Shown here one piece after another: positions 55,941 through 64,000 of a stretch of DNA of 64,000 nt. Source of the DNA: an uncultured Planctomycetota bacterium. Lineage in GTDB: Bacteria; Planctomycetota; Planctomycetia; Isosphaerales; Isosphaeraceae. The stretch is from NCBI GenBank assembly GCA_963845755.1, contig CAWJTV010000011.1, positions 1,312,001-1,376,000 of the forward strand, written 5' to 3'. Position 1 is the stretch's first letter, and each line of letters starts with the position of its first letter. Position numbers and translations under genes: made by a program. The notes beneath the pieces are model-generated. The model was not told the DNA's origin. It made no database searches and saw nothing but the letters and a program-made list of their open reading frames with translations.

Positions 55941-57871
55941 TTGTTCCAAAATCTTGCCGTGAGCCGATCGGGGCCTTTACCACTTCTGGTCTTGTCAGCC
56001 TGGTGTGGGCTCATCTCAGGGCTGCTCGAGGTCGGGATGCTTGTCCTGCGCAAGCGAACTGTCAACCTGAACCAGCTTTACTCCATGACCCGTCATTTCG
56101 TCTGGCTGATCCCGCTCACGAACCTCATCATCTTTCTCGCCTTGGGCGTCCTCATGTCACTCCCTTTCCTGTGGAGGGGCGGTCGAGGCCGTTGGGTCGC
56201 CGTGCGGCTCTTCTGCGGCTTGACACTGCTTCCCCCCGTCTGGGTCGCCCTTCCGCGGATTTACGGTCCCGCCAGCCTCCTCCTGGTGATGGGCGCCGCG
56301 ACGCAGTTAGTCCCGGTGCTGGAGCTTTACGCGATTGGCTTTCGGCGCCTGCTGCGGTTCAGTTTCCCCGCGGTCGCCGGACTGGTGACGATCCTGGCGT
56401 CATCACTCTGGGCAGGGGACCGAATCAAGGAGTGGCGCGAGGGTGCACGGCCGCTCCCACCGAGAAATTTACAAAATGTTCTCATGATCATACTAGATAC
56501 CGTGGGAGCGGAACATCTGAGTCTCTACGGTTACAAACGTCCCACCTGCCCGACGATCGAAGAACTGGCGCCGCGAGGGATTCGCTTCGATCGGGCCCAG
56601 GCGACCTCGACATGGACACTCCCCTCGCACGCGAGCATGTTTACGGGGCGGTGGCCTCACGAGCTCTCCACCGGCTGGCTCACCCCCCTCGACGACACCG
56701 CGCCAACCCTGGCCGAGTACCTGGGATCGCGTGGCTACGCGACGGCCGGCTTCGCCGCCAACTATTGGTATTGTGCGTCCGATTCCGGGCTGGGGCGCGG
56801 GTTCGTCACTTATCAAGACTACATCTTCCCCCGGCTGACGGCCCTCAAGACGGCCGTCCTGGTCAAGGGCTTCCTGGATGGTCTGCGGTCGGTTGATCGT
56901 TTCCTCGATGATTGGCTGGATCTCGACTTCGTGAGGCCCGCGGTGGGAGTCCTTTCCTGGCTCTTCGAGGCCGATCAAAAAACCGCGGCTGTGGTCAATG
57001 GCGAATTCCTCGAGTGGCTGGCCCGCGCAGGCAACCCGAACGGCCGTTCTTCGCCTTCCTGAACTTCAATGATGCCCACCATCCCTATGTCCTGCCGAGC
57101 GCGAGCTTCCTCCGGTTCGGGACCAGTCGGGAGGATGAGGGTGAAGGCGAGCCGATCGAGGAGGAATTGCTGCGGTCTCCGCGCGGGCCGAGCGAGCAGC
57201 AGATTGCCCCGGTTCGCAACGCCTACGACGATTGTATCGCGAGTCTCGATGAGGAATTGGGCCGATTGATCGACGAACTGGAGCGCCGCGCCCTCCTCGA
57301 TCGGACCTGGGTAATCATCTCCGCAGACCATGGCGAAAGCTTCGGCGAACATCCGGGCGTGTTTCGTCATGGCATGAGTCTCTACCAGACGGAGCGACAC
57401 GTCCCCCTCGTGATCATCCCTCCATCCGGGCATTCGTCGGGACGGGTGGTCACCGAGCCGGTAAGCCTCCGGGACCTTGCAGCGACGATCGTCAACGTCC
57501 TGGATGTCGAAACGGGTTCCCCCTTCGCCGGGAATTCGCTGGCCCGGTATTGGGATGGCTCATCCTCGGCGGCAACGGCCCATTCCGAGGCCCGCGATCA
57601 GGCGCTTTCCGTAGTGGTACCCCTCGACCCGCTCAAGATGGCGCCGGAACTAGAGGGCAACCGCCGCTGGCCGCTGGCTGCTCTGACTGAAGGCGATTGG
57701 ACTTACATCCGCCGTGAAGGAGACGTTCGCGAACAGCTCTTTCGGTTGGGCGATGATGCCAAGGAATCGCACAATCTCGCGAATGACCCGACGTTGCAGA
57801 CGACCCTCCAACACATGCGCGGGGCCTTGAGTTCGACTCACAGCGGGCCCACTCACCCCGGAACGGCTTGA
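55941..57871 (+). CDS. Second membrane-anchored sulfatase-like enzyme; frameshift near 57030
   Basis: About 5 TMs; NVLMIILDTVGA, WTLPSHASMFTG, FLNFNDAHHPY, ISADHGE..HG. Confidence 0.9.
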
Positions 57872-57931
57872 ACCCTAGCAGCAAGTCCCCCTCTTTCCGG
57901 GGCCGTGTGCCATTCCGAGTGTTCAGCGCTC

Positions 57932-58260
57932 TGGAGTCTTCCTGGGTAGGATCTCTGCGCCGTGCGCATTTGAGAAACTGGCAAATCGGGATTCAGGATT
58001 CGAGATTCAGGATTCCGCATCCCCGAAGGAGAGGATTCCGACTCCGGGAATCTGGAATCTCGAATCGGGAATCTTGAATTCCTCTTGGGTTGCGGCCGGA
58101 GGCCGCGTTAGAGTCGTCCTCCGTAGGATCCTTGCGCCCCGCACATCTGGGGATTCCGATTTCCGGGTTCGAGATTCCGGATTCCCGGATCATTCCCCTT
58201 CAGGAATCCGGAATCTCGAATCGGGAATCCCGATTGGGTTGCGGCCGGAGGCCGCGTTAG
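57932..58260 (-). repeat. Head-to-tail dimer of the CTAA-hairpin/7-mer element
   Basis: GGTTGCGGCCGGAGGCCGCGTTAG ending at 58111 and 58260; junction TTAGAGTCGTCCTCCGTAG as at 28271. Confidence 0.9.
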
Positions 58261-59453
58261 GGAAGAGGGCCGGTGCGCATTGCGCCGGGTATGGGCGGCA
58301 TCTGCTCATCAGGCACGCCGAGATCGATTAGCCCCTGGCGCACCGGTTGACAGTCCGGGGCCAGGGCCAGCGCGGCCTGATAGCTCTGGATGGCCAGGAG
58401 CTTCCGTCCCGATTCCTGGGCCAGCGCGCCCGAGCCGGCAGCGCAGCTCGAGATCGTTCGGACTCGCGAGGATCTCGCGCAGGAGGTCCTCGATCTGCTG
58501 GTTGCGCCGCTCCACGACCTGGCGCCGATTCAGCGTGCGTGCGGCTTGTTCCTTCTGGCCCAAATTCGCCTGGATCGAGCTGAGCAGGCCGAGGGCCGCC
58601 AGGTCGTTGGGGTCGAGCGCCAGGCGCGCTCGACCGCGGATAGCGCGTCCCGAGGATGCCCCTGGCGGAGCCGGACCCGGGCCTCGAGGATCAGCGCGTC
58701 GCGGCGATCGGGATCGATCGCCAGTACCCGTTGGAGGAGACCGGCCGCGTCCTGGCCCCGGCCCAGTTCCAGGGCAATCTCGGCGGCGAGCGCCAAGAGC
58801 CGCGGATCGGCGGGCCGTTCCGTCAACAGCTCCTTCACAAGGGGTTCCGCGTCTTGAGGACGATGCAATCGGACCAGCGCCTCAGTCAGGCCGAGCCGAG
58901 ATTCCGGGTGGCCGGGCTGGCGTTCGAGGGCGTGTTGAAATGCATCGATCGCGGATTCGTATCGACGGAGCCTCAGGTACACCAACTCGCCCATGGCGAA
59001 CCAGGGCCGGAAATCCTGGGGGTCGATCCGGGATGCGCTCAGGAGCATCTGGAGCCCGCGCTCATTCTCGTTCGCGCTCAGGTAGATCGCGGCCAGGACG
59101 CGCGCCGCCGCCGCGTTGGGCTGCAGGCTCCACGCGCGTTCCAGGTCGCGGCGCGCCGGAGCGACCTCCTCGAGACCGGCCTCGGCCAGCCCGCGGACCG
59201 TCAGGGCCTCGGCCTCGGATTCGCTCCCTTGCCGGATCGAGGCAACAGCCTGGATCGCATGCCGGAACCGCCCTTGCTCCAGGTAGTCATGGCCGTGCGC
59301 CAGGGCCGCGACCTCCCCCCGTCGTGCCCAATAACGCCAGGGGGCGCGATTTCCGAGGTAACGGTCGGCAACGAGGATGACCGAGAGCGTTGCCACCAGG
59401 CCGATGATCAGGAACGGCCAGGCCCGGCGCGATCGGAACATCGGACGCGACAT
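58257..59453 (-). CDS. TPR-repeat protein with N-terminal TM; frameshifted
   Basis: WPFLIIGLVATLSVILV TM; SRIDPQDFRPWFAMGE, HALERQPGHPESRLGL; ends ..GPLP* using the TAA of the repeat core. Confidence 0.82.
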
Positions 59454-59569
59454 CAACGCCTCACGCGAACACGCCGGCAGATCCGGCGCAGAAACACGAG
59501 GAGGCCGAGCCTCTGGAAGGCCCGGCCTCTCGTTGTGCTGCGACCGGTCCTCGATCCGAGGAACGGCTT

Positions 59570-60738
59570 TCAATAACTGTCGGACGAGACGACCTCGCCA
59601 CCGGCCTTCGAACCCAGGTACCACATGATATTCATCGACGTGCTCGACTTGATGAACCGGACCGAGCCGTCGGCGAACGCGGCGTTGGCGCCTCCGGGAT
59701 GGAAGCTGCTCATGTTGTACATGCCGGGTGCGTCGAAATCGCCGCCCCACGACTCCATGTTGCAATTGTAATACGCCGGGTTCGGGGCCAGTAGGGTGTT
59801 GCCCAGGGTATGGCCGAACTCCGAGTCGGACCAGTCCCGACCCATCGTGCTCTTGTTGGTCTTCCAATTGCTGCCGCCCTGGATCGAGCTCAGGGCCTTG
59901 GACTGGCAGGTGCTCAGAAAAAGCTGGAAGCTCTGCAGGACCGCCGGGCTCGAGGGCGGAAGCTGGCTTTGCCCACTCGGGTTGCCCCAACTGCCGAAAG
60001 TCCCAACCGAGTTCTGCAAGATATCGATGACATCCTGGAGTGAAAGCTGGCTGGAATTGCAGTCGCCCATCTTCCACTCGCCGAAGGCGATCGTATTACT
60101 GGTGCCGTCCGTGACGTCGGAGATGGAAACGGTTCCCGGATCCGTTATCGACACGATGCTGAAGATCCCCGGCGGTTTCGCGGAAGCCCACGGGGTGGCG
60201 CAGCGCCGACCGATCCCCAATAATTGTTTCCGGGATACCGGATCTGATTCAAGGCCGCCACGCTGAGGCAACTGTACAGATTGCCGACGGGGAGGCCGGA
60301 GGACGGGCAGAGGAAGGATTGGACGCGCGTGCCGAGGGCCGTCGCCTGGATCCCCCCGTCCAGGTTGGTCTCCGTGCAAATGCTGAAGTTGATCGCATTG
60401 AAGACGACGGTTTGTTCCATGTACGGTAGGAGGTAGCAATGGACGCTGGTGGCTCCCCAACCGGAATCGGAACCCGATATATAACCGGTCGGGGTACCGG
60501 GGGCGTTCTGTGCGTAACCTTGGGGAAAGGCATTCGTAGCGGAGTGATAGTTCGCCAGCGCCAGCCCCAACTGTTTCAGGTTGTTGGTACACTGGGCTCG
60601 ACGGGCCGCCTCGCGGGCCGATTGGACCGCAGGCAGGAGGAGGGCAATCAACACGGCGATGATCGCGATGACGACGAGCAGCTCGATCAGCGTGAAGCCG
60701 AGCGGCCGCCGTCGGCGCAGCCAGTTCATGGACGTCAT
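59570..60738 (-). CDS. DUF1559 prepilin-type protein with H-X9-DG motif; frameshift near 60200
   Basis: [67 protein letters not shown]. Confidence 0.95.
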
Positions 60739-61147
60739 GCGTAGACTCCTCGGGATGAAGTAGGAATCGGCGGCTCGACGATCCGAGCCGTCTTTGCCGC
60801 CAATCAGAGGCGTCGTAAGAGTGCGTTAAATCCGCCCCGAACCAGGACCAAGGCAACGAAGGCTCCGACCGTTGGGGCGTCGATCGGTCGAAACCGGCCT
60901 CCTCGTCTCCGCCTCAGGACTGACGCCTGAACCGGCATCCACTCTCCTCGGGAGGGCCAGGCGAAGTCGTCCCTCTGCTTACTTAGTGCTCGGATTTCCG
61001 TTTTCGGTTCTCAAGGAGGGAAAACCTTTTGCGGAATTCCTGAAACGGAAGTGAAGCGACCAATCCCTCCGAAGAGTTGGCGTCTTCCGGAAGATGTTCA
61101 CGATAGCCCATGAAGTCAGCGGGCGTTACGGACGGTCATCACCGACC

Positions 61148-61378
61148 TCATTGCGGCTTGAACCGCTTCTCCATCATGTCCTTGTATTTGGAGCTGGCCC
61201 CGTATTCCTTACCAGCTTTGTCCTTGCGCGGTTTGAGTTCTTCCGCCGTGGGGGCGGCCACAGCTTCCGTCGGTTTCGCCGGTGGGGGACTGTCAGGTTG
61301 GCTGCACCCCGAAAAAGCCCCGCACATCGCGCACGACACCACGAGGCAAGCCAGGATGGACCCTGTTTTCGATTTCAT
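61148..61378 (-). CDS. Small lipoprotein upstream of the DUF1559 gene
   Basis: Signal peptide ending AFSGC; Pro/Lys-rich tail. Confidence 0.7.
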   Translation of the reverse strand: MKSKTGSILACLVVSCAMCGAFSGCSQPDSPPPAKPTEAVAAPTAEELKPRKDKAGKEYGASSKYKDMMEKRFKPQ

Positions 61379-62243
61379 GGACGGGATTTGACTCCTCGTA
61401 AGGGGTGGAATTTGGGCCTTGGTAAGGTCCCGAGCCGTTGGAAACTCCAGAGCGATCAGGACCAAAAGGCGGACGAACTCAACGATATAATTAAGAGTAC
61501 AAGGGCGCGGTTCTGAAATGGTATTCGGTCTAGAGTGCGAATCATAGCACGGGTCATCCGCAATGTTAAATATTTTTTTTGCGGATTTTCTCCTCGCGTC
61601 CCTGCTGACACCTCCGGGCGATTCCAGGGAGAGGGTCTCCTGCGACTCATACCCAGGAACTTGGAAGTAGGTTGCATATTCGATCGAGGGACATGAGATT
61701 TTTGGATTCGGTGTCGCGACGATACCGGATGTCGGCACGAGCAGCCAGGGATTGCCGGAGGAGCCGGCTCCGAATCCGCAAGAAGTGGCCTGCGTCCTGA
61801 ATCCGCGATGTTGCGTGGTATCGAATCCCGAACTCCGAGAAGCCGCGGTGCGTCGGCCAGAGCGTGGCGTCACGGGCCGGGTCGGGAAAGCGGGGTCGCC
61901 GAGGCGCCGTGATCCGCCGGGCAAGCGGGATGGTTGTGGGGCGCATCCGCGGCGGCATCCCGCTCGGACGCCAGCGCCTCGGCCAGGGTCGGCCCCGGTC
62001 CCGCGGCGGCGGCGTGCCGCCGCTCCAATCGAGCCAACGCCGCTTGTCCATCGGCGACAGCGGGACCGCTCGCCCCCGAACGCTTCCAGCCATGATCACG
62101 GTTGGCCGCACCGCACGCGACGGGATCTCGAATAGGTTGCGAACCTCGGCGACACGACATTAGATTGGACTCGGTTCCTGCTGGCCGCTGGCCACCGACC
62201 ACTTACGAAGGCTGCGGCCGAAGGCCGCGTGAGGGGATGAACG

Positions 62244-63077
62244 ATGAATGCCGACCAGTCGCAACCGATCCCGGAATCGGCAGTCCGCGACGAGTGCTGC
62301 GCTGATCCCGCCGATTCGCTTCCCTCCGCGACCATCGCCGGGGGAGTCGCACGACGGCTGCCGCTCTGGCTCCTGACCTTGGGCGTCGGCCTGGTTTCCG
62401 GCCTGATCTCCTGGGCGGGCGGCGAAGCGATGCTCACAATGTTTCGGATCGAGGACGAGGCGATTTATCCCGCGGATTACCGCAAGATCGGTGGTTACCA
62501 GAGGAGCGCGGTGGGTGCGGAGGTCCAGGGCGCGGTCGCTGCGTGACCGTGGACCGGAAGCAGGCGGCGGCCAGCTTCGGCTTGCTGGGGATGGTCCTGG
62601 CGGTCGGTCTGGGCCTGATCGGCGGCCTGGCGGCGGGCTCGCCGCGTCGGGCGATCCTGGGTGCTCTCGGCGGAGGTCTGGCTGGTGCGGCGGCGGGCGC
62701 GGGACTCTCCTGGGTCGTCGTCCCGATCTTCTTGCGTTTCCAGACCCCGGCCTCCGAGCCTGCTCGTCCTGTTCCTGAGCCACGCGGCGATCTTCACCGC
62801 ATCGGCGCCATGTCGGGGCTGGCACTGGGCCTGGGCCTGGGTGACGGCCGGGCGTCGGGGCGCGCCTTGTTCGGTGGCATGCTGGGCGGCGTCATCGGGA
62901 CGACCGCCCTGGAGATCGTCAACTCCCTGGCCTTTCCCCTGATGAGGACCCTCGAGCCGATAGCGTCGGAGCCGAATCCGCGGCTGCTTGACATACCTCT
63001 ATGTGGCGTTTGCCTCGGCATTCTTCGCCGGCTTTGCCGCGGGAGGACATCGAGAAACGGCTTCGGGGAAAGCATGA
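62244..63077 (+). CDS. Gly-rich multi-TM membrane protein; frameshifted, end approximate
   Basis: LTLGVGLVSGLISWAGGE, FGLLGMVLAVGLGLIGG, GGMLGGVIG. Confidence 0.65.
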
Positions 63078-63165
63078 AGGAGAAGGATAAGGCGAAAAGT
63101 CCGCGAGAACGAAGGCCGAAGCTCAGACTTCCGATAAAGCCGGACGAAAAGAGGCGGTTTTCGTC

Positions 63166-64000
63166 ATGCCAGGGCTTCCGAATCGCGGACGTCGCGGCTG
63201 GTGGATCACGGCGGGGCTCGTGGTCTTGATCGGCTCCGGCGCCGGCCTGTGGTGGTGGGCCGGCCGTGATGTCGGGCCCGTCGCCGCGGGCCTTTCCGCC
63301 TATGATCGGCAAGACTGGGACCGGGCGATCCTGCTGGCACGCCGGCGCCTGAAAGAGGCTCCCGACGATCAGGAAGCGTTACGCCTGGCCGCGCGGACAA
63401 CAGCCCGGCAAGACCGCGATCAGGCGGCGATCTCGACCTATTCTCGCCTCGAGCTGAAGCAGATGACGGCCGAGGACTATTTCCTCCTGGGTCGGGCCTT
63501 GAGCCGCACCGGGCAGGATGATCTGGCCTTGAAGTCGCTGGAGGTGGCGCGTGACGCCGATCCGGATCGACCGGAGATGCTCGACGAACTGGCACAGGTC
63601 TATTACCGGAAGGACCGTCCGGTGGCGGCCGAGGAGCTGGCCAGCCGACTCGTGCGGGAGCCGGGCCGGGAGGCTCGGGCGCAACTGATGCTGGGGACGT
63701 TTCGTGCGGCGCGGCACGATCCGGCCGGGGCGGCGCGCGCCTTGCAGCGGGCGTTCGAGCTGGATCCCGACGGCAAGGCCGCCGCACCCCAACCGGCAAG
63801 GCCACTGCGCCTGCTCTGGGTGCGTTCCTTGCTGCAATCGGCCCAACCGGCCGAGGCGCGGCGGGTGCTCGAGGCGATTCCGGAGTGGCAATCGGATCCG
63901 GAGTCCGCCTGGCTCTCGAGCCGGAGCTTCCTCCAGGAACGCGTATGGTCGCAGGCCGCCACGGCACTCCAGGCCGCGGGCTCATATCGCCGCAACCATC
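63166..64000 (+). CDS. TPR-repeat protein with N-terminal TM (runs off window)
   Basis: MPGLPNRGRRGWWITAGLVVLIG.., RRLKEAPDDQEALRLAAR, EDYFLLGRAL; frame open to the end. Confidence 0.75.
   Translation, partial: MPGLPNRGRRGWWITAGLVVLIGSGAGLWWWAGRDVGPVAAGLSAYDRQDWDRAILLARRRLKEAPDDQEALRLAARTTARQDRDQAAISTYSRLELKQMTAEDYFLLGRALSRTGQDDLALKSLEVARDADPDRPEMLDELAQVYYRKDRPVAAEELASRLVREPGREARAQLMLGTFRAARHDPAGAARALQRAFELDPDGKAAAPQPARPLRLLWVRSLLQSAQPAEARRVLEAIPEWQSDPESAWLSSRSFLQERVWSQAATALQAAGSYRRNH

Noticed and set aside
58530..60077. 515-aa ORF linking DUF1559 and TPR genes
   Set aside because: The first ~200 aa are an alternative frame of the DUF1559 gene; the TPR protein starts at 59453.
1..64000. Widespread frameshifts as pseudogenisation or programmed frameshifting
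   Set aside because: They hit normally essential genes (lepB, lolC/E) as often as accessory ones and are mostly single-base slips in GC runs, consistent with long-read error.

Overview
High-GC bacterial DNA, most likely a planctomycete of the Isosphaeraceae type. This is inferred from DUF1559 pilin-like genes, ECF sigma factors with long membrane-linked extensions, CRTAC1/ASPIC-UnbV proteins and the repeat families. Many genes, including housekeeping ones (lepB, ilvE, lolC/E), carry 1-bp frameshifts, so most breaks are probably long-read indel errors, and CDS limits across breaks are approximate. Layout: (1) 0.3-10 kb, a core block of signal peptidase I, an ECF sigma with a pilin-like anti-sigma, NUDIX, USP, ilvE, lolD, lolC/E and lysS. 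(2) 10-18 kb, an accessory patch of vapBC, an ECF-OmpH/Skp fusion, a truncated IS, a sulfotransferase, a second extended ECF and mazEF. (3) 18-26 kb, a MoxR-DUF58-BatA/vWA operon interrupted by repeats, a TA relic and an AT-rich spot. (4) 26-35 kb, decayed genes, a divergent ECF-like gene and three copies of a class-I-GATase-like module with Asp at the nucleophile position. (5) 35-64 kb, a paralog-rich envelope cluster of two CRTAC1/UnbV proteins, two multiheme c cytochromes, two Thr-type sulfatase-like membrane enzymes, four TPR proteins, an MBL hydrolase, a DUF1559 pilin and a lipoprotein, with an IS4 element inserted into a REP hairpin. A ~150-bp non-coding element (CTAA core, GC hairpin, 7-mer palindromic body, no terminal inverted repeats) recurs throughout, twice as head-to-tail dimers. 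No rRNA, tRNA or CRISPR array was seen.
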